A DNA stretch of 64,000 nt from Patescibacteria group bacterium (GTDB taxonomy: Bacteria > Patescibacteriota > Patescibacteriia > JAQUQO01). Each line of letters starts with the position of its first letter. Positions within the stretch are counted from its first letter, which is position 1. Where the stretch lies: the NCBI GenBank assembly GCA_028716045.1, contig JAQUQO010000001.1, positions 64,942 to 128,941 on the forward strand, written 5' to 3'. The notes below the pieces were generated by a model. That model did not search any database, was not told the DNA's origin, and saw nothing but the letters and a program-made list of their open reading frames with translations. Positions 8,209 to 17,800 of this stretch are shown piece after piece. The translations under genes were made by a program, and so were the position numbers.

Positions 8209-9783
8209 TTAGTTGGTGTTAGGCAACATCGGACGGGTAGCCAGATTGCCGTTTTTAATGGCGCCATTTAAAAGTTCTTCGTTAAAAATAAGCGGGATGG
8301 TGTTTTGCCCGAGAATAATTAAAAAATCCGCCGCGCTATTTATATTTTTTTTATAGAGTTGCGCGGTTTCAGAATTCAATAACATATTACCCGTACCAGA
8401 GAGAGAGGTAGTCAACCATCCCGGGAGAGTGAGGGCGATATTGGCGTTCAGCTCTTCTTTAAGGGTGCGCAGGGCTTCCGGCTCTTGGCCGTCCGTTAAA
8501 TCGTAAATGATAGTTTTGGTGTAATCTTGTTTTTCCGCGTTGCCGATTTTGATGGTTTCGTAGCCATATTTATATAGCCGGTAGGAAGTTTTCCCTGCCA
8601 GCCCATTCTTTTTTGTCCCATTTAAAATTTCCAGCCGGATTGGTTTTTTTGTTTCCATGCTGTTGATGGCGATACTGGTGGGCGTGGAAGTAAAGATGTT
8701 TTGAGCAAGATAGGATAATTCCGACCAGTCGCCTGATTTTGGTTTTAAAATAAAGGCGCCATCAATAGTGACAGCCGAATAAAGAAGATTGTCGGGGCTG
8801 TCGTCAATAATATGGCGGACAATTTTTTCAGTGTCTATTTTTTTAGCCACATCAACAAACTTTAAAATTTCCCAAATTTCCAGATTAGTGGAAACATTGT
8901 CTTTTATGGTGTTATAGACCGAGGTTATTTTTTTAGGGTTAAGAAAGGTGGAGAAAGAAAGCGCTTTGTCTTTGGCGGCTGTTAAAACGTTCTGTTGTCT
9001 TTTGGCGCGGGCAAAATCGCCCCCCTCTGCGCCCAAAGCGTGGCGAGAGCGAGCGTATTTAAGAGCTAATTCTCCATCCATTTTTTGCCAGCCCTTTTCT
9101 ATGTAAAGGCGCTCAAATCTTGATTCGTATGGTTCGGCGTTTTCTTTACCCATAATGGGATATTGGGGATCGTCCAAAGTATTTTCCACATAAATTTCTA
9201 ACCCTCCCAGGGCGTCAATTAACTCTTCAAACCCCGCAAAGTCAACTCGGACATAATAGTGGATAGGAATGTCAAAAACATTTTCGATAGTCTTTTGGGC
9301 GATAATCGGGCCACGGCCTTTTTTATCAAATTCCCCGAGCGCGTTGGCAGCGTTAATTCTTCGCCAGATATTTTGTTCGGCGAGAGGCACATAGAGGTCT
9401 CTAGGTATAGAAAGTATAGCCGCCTGATTTTTTTTAAGGTCAACACTTAGGATGATGTTAGTATCAGTTAATTGTGACCCATCGTGAGTCCCACCCCCGA
9501 TACCCAAAAGCAGAATATTTATCCGTCCTTCCTTTTCTCCCCGCAAAGTTTTATCTTCGCTGGTGACCAAATGTTTTAGTTGAGTCCAAATGCCGCTTGG
9601 GGTTTCGGCGGTTTTCCCCCCTGTTGTGTCCTCACCCCCAAAGAAATTATAAGAAATAAATCCGGCGCCGAGGATAAGAATAACGGCAAAAAGGCAAATC
9701 AAAAATTTGCCGGCGATAATTTTTGTCGAATTTTTTTTATCCCCTTCAAAAGGATTAATTAGATTTAGTTTGGGCAAAGTCAT
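8209..9783 (-). CDS. LCP (LytR-CpsA-Psr) family protein with LytR C-terminal domain
   Basis: N-terminal TM, INILLLG, TDT, LSIPRDLYV, RINAA, DFARAKRQQ, and C-terminal EILNGT..GLA. Confidence 0.92.
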   Translation of the reverse strand: MTLPKLNLINPFEGDKKNSTKIIAGKFLICLFAVILILGAGFISYNFFGGEDTTGGKTAETPSGIWTQLKHLVTSEDKTLRGEKEGRINILLLGIGGGTHDGSQLTDTNIILSVDLKKNQAAILSIPRDLYVPLAEQNIWRRINAANALGEFDKKGRGPIIAQKTIENVFDIPIHYYVRVDFAGFEELIDALGGLEIYVENTLDDPQYPIMGKENAEPYESRFERLYIEKGWQKMDGELALKYARSRHALGAEGGDFARAKRQQNVLTAAKDKALSFSTFLNPKKITSVYNTIKDNVSTNLEIWEILKFVDVAKKIDTEKIVRHIIDDSPDNLLYSAVTIDGAFILKPKSGDWSELSYLAQNIFTSTPTSIAINSMETKKPIRLEILNGTKKNGLAGKTSYRLYKYGYETIKIGNAEKQDYTKTIIYDLTDGQEPEALRTLKEELNANIALTLPGWLTTSLSGTGNMLLNSETAQLYKKNINSAADFLIILGQNTIPLIFNEELLNGAIKNGNLATRPMLPNTN

Positions 9784-10054
9784 TAGGTTGATTATATAAA
9801 ATTTTTTTAAGAAATACAAATCAGCGGGGGATAGCCAGGGATTATGGAGCAGGAGTTAGAAAGCGAAAATTTCCTTTCCTCATAGTGAGAGATTTCTCTA
9901 AAATATGAGGAGGGGCGGGCGGGGGAGTTAAAAAAGCAGTTTACTTTTTATTCATTATATATTATAATGAGAACACAATTAACTTTTTGTGGAATTTTTG
10001 ATAAAAAGTGTTTTTTGTTATCTAAAATATTGCTTCGGCGGGGGCAGAAAGAAG

Positions 10055-10128
10055 GCTCGTGTAGCTCAGTTGGTTAGAGCGTACGGTTCACATCCGTAAG
10101 GTCCCTGGTTCGAGCCCAGGCACGAGCA
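10055..10128 (+). tRNA. tRNA-Val(CAC)
   Basis: GCTCGTG/CACGAGC acceptor stem, TACGG-TTCACAT-CCGTA anticodon arm, CCTGG-TTCGAGC-CCAGG T arm. CCA not encoded. Confidence 0.95.
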
Positions 10129-10145
10129 CACGGCATTATTAAAAT

Positions 10146-10748
10146 ATGACTAAATACAATAAAGACATCTTTAAAAAACACAGCGGGTGGGGCGAGGATA
10201 TAAGCGATTTTATAATTGAGCTGGTGAAAGTGGTGATTATTTCTTTGATAGTCATTGTCCCGGTCAGGTATTTTTTGATACAACCCTTTTACGTTAAAGG
10301 CGCTTCCATGGAACCGAATTTTTATGACCACGAATATCTGATTATTGACGAAATCTCTTATCGGCTGGAAATGCCCCAGCGAGGCGATATCGTTGTTTTT
10401 AAATATCCGCAGGACCCCAGCCAGTATTTTATCAAAAGAGTTATTGGTTTGCCGGATGAGCGGATTATTGTGAAAGACGGAGGGGTTTATCTTTATGATG
10501 AGAACAAAAAACAGGAGATTCTCCTGGACGAAAGAGATTATTTGAGCGCGACAGTTTTAACCCCCGGGAGAATTGATATAGAATTAGGCGAGGGAGAATA
10601 CTTTGTTTTGGGCGATAATCGCAGTTCCAGCCTGGATTCCCGAACTTTCGGCCCGATAGCTGAACCCTTTATTGTCGGTAAGGCCTGGATTAGGGGTTGG
10701 CCGTTTAATAAGATAAAAATTTTTAATAACCCAAGTTATAATCTGTAA
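10146..10748 (+). CDS. lepB: Signal peptidase I
   Basis: GASMEP, RGDIVVF, IKRVIGLP, GDNRSSSLDSR. Confidence 0.95.
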   Translation: MTKYNKDIFKKHSGWGEDISDFIIELVKVVIISLIVIVPVRYFLIQPFYVKGASMEPNFYDHEYLIIDEISYRLEMPQRGDIVVFKYPQDPSQYFIKRVIGLPDERIIVKDGGVYLYDENKKQEILLDERDYLSATVLTPGRIDIELGEGEYFVLGDNRSSSLDSRTFGPIAEPFIVGKAWIRGWPFNKIKIFNNPSYNL

Positions 10749-10765
10749 AAATTTATTTTAAAAAT

Positions 10766-12241
10766 ATGGGTCGCAAACCAAAAAATAAAAAAAGTCCATT
10801 CAGGGCGCGGTTCTTTGGCAGACACGGGCAGACTAAAGCGGTTAAAAAACCTGTGGATGACAATACCCCAAAACCAGAGGAAAGGAAGACAAAAATCAAA
10901 ACTCCGCAATTACTCCGCGGGATGAAAGACATTTTACCTAATGAACAAAAATATTGGTATTACATTATCAATAAAGCCGAGGCCTTGGCTTGGGGTTATA
11001 CTTTCGGACGGATTGATACCCCGATTTTAGAATCCACGGATTTATTTGTGAGAACCATCGGCAAACAGACGGACATTATTGAAAAGGAAATGTTTTCTTT
11101 TGAGGACCAGGGCGGAGATAGCGTTACTTTGCGCCCGGAGGGGACGGCCTCCATCGCCCGGGCGTTTATAGAGCATGGCATGATTAATTTGCCCCAGCCG
11201 GTCAAGCTTTTTTATTGCGGTCCGATGTTCCGTTACGATCGTCCGCAAGCCGGCAGACAACGCCAATTTCATCAGGTGGGGTTTGAGGTTTTGGGCGATG
11301 CCAGCCCGGTCGTAGACGCTCAGCTGGTGATTTTGGCACATAATTTTTGTAAAGAGTTGGGCTTAGACGTCAATGCCCAGATAAACAGTATCGGTTGTTC
11401 AACTTGCCGCACGGAGTATAAAAAAGAGTTAATTGAATATTTTCGCTCTAAACGAAGCTCGCTTTGCGAAAATTGCAAAAGAAGATTAGCTAAAAATCCT
11501 TTACGTCTTTTGGATTGTAAAGAAGAGGGCTGTGTTAAGATCAGAGAAGAGGCGCCCCAGCTGGTGGATTGGCTTTGTGAACCTTGTAAGAATCACTTTG
11601 TAAAAGTTTTGGAATATTTAGATGAGGCAGAGGTGCCGTATATTTTAAATCCTTATTTGGTCAGAGGGCTTGATTATTATAACCGTACCGCCTTTGAAAT
11701 TTGGCCGGCGGACAATATCCCGGAACCGGAGAAAAAGAAAGAGGAGGAAATTAAATCCGAAGAAAAGAAAGAAGAGGAAAAAGAGATAGCCCAGCCCTTA
11801 AGGCAGAATGCGCTGGGCGGCGGCGGACGTTATGACACGCTTATTTACGGTTTAGGAGGGCGCGATACGCCGGCTTGCGGATTCGCCATAGGGATTGAAC
11901 GTTTGATTCTGAAAATTAAGGAAGCGGGCGTGGAAGTTGATGACCCGACTAAACCCCAGATTTTTTTGGCCCAGCTCGGGGAAACCGCCAAAAGAAAGGC
12001 TTTGGTGTTATTTGAAGAATTGAGGCGTAATAATATCCGCGTGGCGGAAAGCTTTGCCAAAGACAGTTTAAGGCAGCAGCTGGAAATGGCCAATAGATTG
12101 GGCGTAAAATTAACCTTGATTTTAGGGCAGAAAGAGGTTATGGATGGGACGATTTTAATCAGGGATATGGAGGGCGGGATACAGGAAGTTATTGATTTTA
12201 ATAAAACCATAGAAGAGATAAAGAAGAGGTTGGATATTTAG
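10766..12241 (+). CDS. hisS: Histidine--tRNA ligase
   Basis: RGMKDILP, LRPEGTA, FRYDRPQAGRQRQFHQ, VRGLDYY, GGGRYD, GFAIGIERL. Confidence 0.97.
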   Translation: MGRKPKNKKSPFRARFFGRHGQTKAVKKPVDDNTPKPEERKTKIKTPQLLRGMKDILPNEQKYWYYIINKAEALAWGYTFGRIDTPILESTDLFVRTIGKQTDIIEKEMFSFEDQGGDSVTLRPEGTASIARAFIEHGMINLPQPVKLFYCGPMFRYDRPQAGRQRQFHQVGFEVLGDASPVVDAQLVILAHNFCKELGLDVNAQINSIGCSTCRTEYKKELIEYFRSKRSSLCENCKRRLAKNPLRLLDCKEEGCVKIREEAPQLVDWLCEPCKNHFVKVLEYLDEAEVPYILNPYLVRGLDYYNRTAFEIWPADNIPEPEKKKEEEIKSEEKKEEEKEIAQPLRQNALGGGGRYDTLIYGLGGRDTPACGFAIGIERLILKIKEAGVEVDDPTKPQIFLAQLGETAKRKALVLFEELRRNNIRVAESFAKDSLRQQLEMANRLGVKLTLILGQKEVMDGTILIRDMEGGIQEVIDFNKTIEEIKKRLDI

Positions 12242-12256
12242 AATACCAGGAAAATT

Positions 12257-12290
12257 AAAGACCCGTCAGTCGCGACTGACGGGTCTTTTT
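12257..12290 (+). terminator. Perfect 32-bp palindrome acting as likely terminator after hisS
   Basis: aaagacccgtcagtcg|cgactgacgggtcttt is exactly self-complementary and ends in a T run. Confidence 0.75.
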
Positions 12291-12307
12291 AATAAATTTT
12301 AGCCAAT

Positions 12308-12336
12308 TTGACGTTATTTAAAAAAAATACTATTAT
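12308..12336 (+). promoter_or_regulatory. Putative sigma70 promoter for the rpsU operon
   Basis: TTGACG-17 bp-TATTAT. Confidence 0.5.
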
Positions 12337-12377
12337 AATAAAGAGATTCTAAATATTAACAGGGGAGGTGAAAACCC

Positions 12378-12629
12378 GTGTCTTTTGAAATTAAGCGCAA
12401 AAGAGGGGAAACTTTTGAAGCAATGCTCAGGCGTTTTAACCGCCGGATGATTCAGAGCAAAAAGCTCATCCAGGTAAAAGAGGGCTTGCACTTTAAGAGA
12501 ACTACCAATAAAAATTTGCGCAAGCGTTCAGCTCTGCATCGCTTAAAAGTAAGAGCAGAAAAAGAGTACTTGCGGAAAATCGGCAAGCTCAAAGAAGAGG
12601 ATTATAAAAATAAATTTTTTAGGAAATAA
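12378..12629 (+). CDS. rpsU: 30S ribosomal protein S21 (CPR-type)
   Basis: EIKRKRGETFEAMLRRFNRR, basic 83 aa, GGAGGTG SD, adjacent to yqeY. Confidence 0.85.
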   Translation: MSFEIKRKRGETFEAMLRRFNRRMIQSKKLIQVKEGLHFKRTTNKNLRKRSALHRLKVRAEKEYLRKIGKLKEEDYKNKFFRK

Positions 12630-12641
12630 TACGCTTTAACT

Positions 12642-13088
12642 ATGAATTTACAAGAGCGTATTGAGGCCGATTTCATCGCGGCCCTAAAAGGCAAAAAAGA
12701 AAGCGAAGTGTCCATACTGCGCCTGCTTAAAGCCGCTTTAAAAAATGCCAGAATCAGCAAAATGAAAGATTTAACCGAAGCCGATGCGGAGAAAGTTATC
12801 AGAAGCGAAATAAAAAAAATGCAGGATTCCATCGTGGAATATAAAAGAGGCGGCAGAGAAGATTTAGCGGACAAAGAAGAAAGAGAGATAGCCATTTTAA
12901 AAAAATATTTGCCGGCAGAATTGGCAGAGGAAGAGCTTAAAAAAATAGTTGATGAAGCGGTGAAGAGTTTAAACGCTTCCGCCCCGGCGGATTTTGGCAA
13001 GGTGATGAAAGAAGTCGTGAAAATGGCGGCGGGCCGAGCCGGCGGAAATAAATTAGCCGAGGTAGTTAAGAACAAATTAGGGGGATAA
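12642..13088 (+). CDS. GatB/YqeY domain protein
   Basis: LRLLKAALKN, GGREDLADKEEREIAILKKYLP, DFGKVMK. Confidence 0.92.
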   Translation: MNLQERIEADFIAALKGKKESEVSILRLLKAALKNARISKMKDLTEADAEKVIRSEIKKMQDSIVEYKRGGREDLADKEEREIAILKKYLPAELAEEELKKIVDEAVKSLNASAPADFGKVMKEVVKMAAGRAGGNKLAEVVKNKLGG

Positions 13089-13089
13089 T

Positions 13090-14844
13090 ATGCTTGTCAA
13101 AAAAAAGTTATTTTTAGAGATAACTGTCCTAACGGTATTTTTTGTCGTGACGGTTATTTTTTTATTTCCCTATTTTGTCCAAGCGCAAGTTGACACAGGA
13201 CTGGGTTATTTAGAAAGTTCCGGTTTGGCAGTTACCGATATCAGAATAACCATCGCGCGGATTATCCGTATCGCTCTCGGGCTTTTAGGGGCGATCGCCA
13301 CGGTGATAATTTTATATGGCGGATTTCTTTGGATGACCGCCGCCGGCAATGAGGAAAAAATGGAGACCGCCAAAAAAATTTTAAAGAACGGGGCTATTGG
13401 ACTGGCGATAATTATTACTTCTTTTTCCATCGCCAGTTTTGTTTTAAATTCACTTCTTAGGGCCACGGGCGTTACGGTCGGGGGCGGGGAGACGCCGGCA
13501 ACGGGCGCGGGCGGCGGGGGTTTGGGGTTTGGCATTATCCAAAGCCATTATCCGGCCCGCAATGCCAAAGAGATACCTCGCAACACAAAAGTTGTCGTTA
13601 CTTTCAAAGAATCAATCAAGGCAGATACTCTTATTAAAGACGGGGCTGATGAAGGCGAAATCCCTGGAGATTCACTTTCTGATCGTCTGATTACCACCAG
13701 CGTGCGTATTATTAAAAAAGGCGACTCCTTTCAAACGGGACCGTTTGTAGAGGCCTCGGCCATGGCAACAAGCGATAATAAAACTTTTGTTTTTAAGCCC
13801 TTGGATCTTTTGGGCAGTTCCTCTGTTTCTACTGATTATATCGTTCTTCTTTCTAATGACATCAAGAAAGCGGATGGCAAAAATGCTTTTAGCGGCGCCG
13901 ACCGGTGTGAAAATAATTCGGGGGTATATTGTTGGGGGTTTACCGTGAGCACTTTTGTTGATATCACCCCACCCCAAGTGGTAAATGTTTTTCCGGCAAA
14001 CGATTCCGAGGGCAAAAATCCGGTAGCGCGGAACGCCGTAGCGCAGATAAATTTTTCCGAACCAATTGACCCTTTGTCCGCCGCTGGCGTCTTTCCTCCC
14101 TTTGAGAATATTAGCGTAAAGGAAAATGGGGTGGCAAAAGAGGGTGGATATAATATAGGCAATGAGTACCAAGCAGTGGAATTTATTCCCAATGTTCTTT
14201 GCGGGCAGAATTCCTGCGGGCAAGATGTTTTTTGTCTGCCGCCCAACGCTCAATTAACAGCTTTGGCCAAATCAATTGACCCGGAAAAAGTGAGTTTCCC
14301 GTACGGGGGAGTGGTTGATATGTGTGACAACCCCTTGGATGGCGACGGCGACGGGGCGGTTGATAAAAAAGAAGGAGATAATTATCCGGATAATTATTCC
14401 TGGTCTTTTGCTACCAGCGATGAGGTTGATTTAACCTCGCCAGCCGTAGAAAAAATAATTCATCAAAATAAAGATAATACCGGAGAATTCATCTCTCCGC
14501 CGGATGGCGTGAGCGATATTTTGGATAATATTAATAAAACAGAACCCATAGAAATATATTTCAGTAAAGCGATGATGGTTAGTTTAATAAATAATTCTAA
14601 CGTGGTCATCGAGCCGCAGGACGCTAAGTGGTATGGCTGGTTTTACCCGATTTCTAAAAATGAAAGCGTGGAAGTTGATGGCCGAACGTTAAGGAAAACG
14701 CGGACCAGCTTAAAACACGATATCTTTTTTGAATCCAGCGGTTATTGGCCGAGTATTTCTTCACAGCTTAAAGATGTTTACCAAAATTGTCTTTGGGACT
14801 CGGCGAACAAGAAGGTCCCCGGTCCGGAGATAGTGACGCCGTAA
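13090..14844 (+). CDS. VirB2/TrbC-like pilin fused to Ig-like (Big_5-type) domains
   Basis: Signal/TM, then IARIIRIALGLLG..GGFLWMTAAGNEEKMETAKKILKNGAIGLAII (CPR pilin motif). Ig-like repeats (YPARNAKEIPRNTKVVVTF, FPAN..RNAVAQINFSEPID) and a DGDGDG Ca-binding-like loop. Confidence 0.8.
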   Translation: MLVKKKLFLEITVLTVFFVVTVIFLFPYFVQAQVDTGLGYLESSGLAVTDIRITIARIIRIALGLLGAIATVIILYGGFLWMTAAGNEEKMETAKKILKNGAIGLAIIITSFSIASFVLNSLLRATGVTVGGGETPATGAGGGGLGFGIIQSHYPARNAKEIPRNTKVVVTFKESIKADTLIKDGADEGEIPGDSLSDRLITTSVRIIKKGDSFQTGPFVEASAMATSDNKTFVFKPLDLLGSSSVSTDYIVLLSNDIKKADGKNAFSGADRCENNSGVYCWGFTVSTFVDITPPQVVNVFPANDSEGKNPVARNAVAQINFSEPIDPLSAAGVFPPFENISVKENGVAKEGGYNIGNEYQAVEFIPNVLCGQNSCGQDVFCLPPNAQLTALAKSIDPEKVSFPYGGVVDMCDNPLDGDGDGAVDKKEGDNYPDNYSWSFATSDEVDLTSPAVEKIIHQNKDNTGEFISPPDGVSDILDNINKTEPIEIYFSKAMMVSLINNSNVVIEPQDAKWYGWFYPISKNESVEVDGRTLRKTRTSLKHDIFFESSGYWPSISSQLKDVYQNCLWDSANKKVPGPEIVTP

Positions 14845-14871
14845 TTTTTATTTTACAATTTTTAATTTTCA

Positions 14872-17800
14872 ATGAAATCGCGAAAGCTAACAATTAAAAT
14901 TTTATTGGCCGCAAGTTTATTGCTGGCAATTTTCTTTTTAGGGAAACCCGTTTTGGCCCAAGTGGACGCTGGTTTGGGTTATTTGGAACAGTCGGGGCTG
15001 GGGACGGCTGATATCAGGGTGACTATTGCCAATATCATCCGCATAATTTTGGGATTTTTAGGCACTCTGGCGGTAGTGATTGTTTTAATTGGAGGTTTCA
15101 AATGGATGACCGCCGCCGGCAATGAGGAAAAGCTGGCCGGGGCTAAGAAGTTGCTTCTTAACGGAGCTATTGGTTTAGTTATTGTGCTATTTTCTTTTGG
15201 TATTGCCAGTTTCGTAATTTCCAGATTGATGCAGGCGACTGGCGGGGGAGGAGGCGGCGTTGTCGGTGGCGAAGTCCCCGGCGGCGGGGTTTTTTATCCC
15301 AACAATTTAGTAGTGAAAAGTATTACTCCGCAGGGGCCGGTGCCCATTCGCAATGTTAAGGTCAGAGTAATCTTTAACAAAGAAATAAAACCGGAGAGTG
15401 TGACGGGGAAAATAGAAGTAAGGAGGGCGAATGATGATTCTGAAGCAGCCGGCAATTTTGATATTGGCTCCCGGTCGGTGGAATTTTCGCCGTCAGCGGC
15501 TTGCCCCGAGCCTAATCAAAATTTAAAATGTTTTGATTCCAATACTGAATATCGGGTTGAGATTAAAGAAGGGGTCAAAAGTGCTGATGATAAAGATTTA
15601 AAATGCGGCGGCGCTTATCCTAAGTGCAATGGATTTTTTACCACTGGCGATTTAGTTGATGTCACTCCGCCCACGGGGGTAATCACCAACCCCGATGACG
15701 GAGGAAGCTTTAGTGTGGACGATTCAGTTCTGCTTCAGGCGGCAACCAAAGATGACAGCGGTATCGGCCTCGTGGAATTTTATGTTGACGGCCGTTTGAT
15801 TGATAGCGACGGGCCGGAGGGGCCGACGGCGTCAACTTATCTTGCCGAAGGATATTGGGAAACGGCGGGCGTGGAGCTTCTGTCCAGACATGAAATTTAT
15901 GCTCAGGTTTTTGATATTAACGACCACAAAACAAATACGGATAAAATTTACGCTCTCGCCCGGGCCAAACACTGTTTTAACGGGATTAAAGATGAAAAAG
16001 AAGAGGGCGTGGATTGCGGCGGAGAGCGCGAGGCCAAAGATTATTGCGGCGCCTGCGCCGGTGGTGATTGCGACCGCGCGGACAAAGACGCCGGGACCTG
16101 TGCCGCGCCAGACAATACTTTTTGCGCTTCGGGATATTGTGAATCAACAACCTGTAAATGTCAGATTCACCTGAAAATATCTAATATCTACTCCGGAGAT
16201 AAAAATGATTTTGCCGGCCTGAACCCCAATGGTTCGCCGGGCAATTATTTAACTATTAAAGGAGAAGGTTTCGGGCGTTCCTTGGGGCAAGTGATTTTTT
16301 TAGGCAGCGACCTTTCTTCGGACGATAAAATAGCCGCGCTCGCGTCTTGCAGTTCTGCTTGGCAAGATAAGCAGGTAGTAGTGGAAATTCCGGCCGGCGT
16401 GGTCGATGGATCAATTAAATTAATTACTGGCAATAAAGCCGAGGACAGCACGGATGACGCCTATGGGCCGATTATCAATGATTTCCAGTTAAATGACAGT
16501 AAACGTCCTGGCATCTGCGAAGTTTCTCCGCGCGAAGGAGTGGAGGGCGGCGATTTGAATATCAGCGGCAAAGGATTCGGCGACCAAGCAGGCGCTTTAT
16601 ATTTCGGCTCGGAAATTTTGAAAAAAATAAACAGCTGGCAAGACGGTAAGATTTCCTCGGTCATTCCCAATTTTAATTTAGGGGATTACTTAGTTTTAAT
16701 AAAAGCCGGAGAAGAATTTAGCAACGGCGTCAATTTTTCTTTAATTGAGGGCAAAAGTGTCGGGCCGCATGTTGATTATCTAAATCCGGAAAAAGGGAGA
16801 AAGGGCCAATATGTTACCATTGTCGGTTCGCGTTTTGGCAGTGGCCAAGGAACAGTCAATTTTATCAACCGGGCCAAAGGCAATGCTATTTTAGCCAGTA
16901 CTGATTTTCCGGCAGCTTGCCAGAGCAGCTGGTGGCGCGATAATTACGTGATTGTCCGCGTTCCGGAGATTGGTGATGGAACTTACGACCTAGTTTTAAC
17001 CACCGCCAAAAATCGCGACAGCAATCCCGTTCCCTTTGAAGTGACTGGCGATCCTTTAACGCCCGGCATTTGTAATTTGAATCCTGATAATGGGCTAGTG
17101 AATACCAAGGTTAATATCAGCGGCGGGGGATTTGCTTCATTAGGCAGTGAGAGCCGAATTGATTTCTGGCAAAATAAAAAAGCCGAAGCGGTTTCCTGGA
17201 GTGATGACAAGATATTTACCACCGTCCCCCCGGATACCCAGACCGGTCCGGTGTTTGTGACAAGCAATGAAAAAAAAGACGGGGCTAACCTCGTAAGCAA
17301 TCGTATTCCTTTTCGAGTAGGCGCGTGCGAAAAAGATTCTTGCTTGGAGGGGGAAACTTGTTGCGGCGACGGTATTTGCCGCGGAACTTGTTTTGATGAA
17401 ATCAGTAAAGCCAAATATCGCTGGTATTTTAATACCGGAGAATTGCCGAAAATTCCTCAAGTGGTGGAAGAGTGCGCGGCTAATTCCGCGCCCAGTCCTG
17501 TGCCCTTTTCCAAATTTGGCAATACCGACGTTTGTCTTAATGTGATTCCCTCGGCTCGTTTCAGCGTGCCGATGCAATACGAAACTTTAATTAAAGAAAA
17601 TATTCTTTTTGAGGAATGCGCCACCGGAGCGGAGGGGAAGATGATTTGTATTCCGGTGGAGGATTATTCCATAGCGATTTCCAGTTCTAAGGATTCCGAA
17701 TCAGGAAAAGACAGATTTGAGATTTACCCTGGCGGCAAAGGTTCGGGCGTTAATTTAAAATCTAATACTTCTTACAGGGTGGTTCTAACCACGGCTTTAC

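Noticed and set aside
11710-11800. Glu/Lys-rich insertion and basic N-terminal extension in HisS
   Set aside because: Low-complexity expansion in a variable loop. It has no intein motifs or palindromic DNA.
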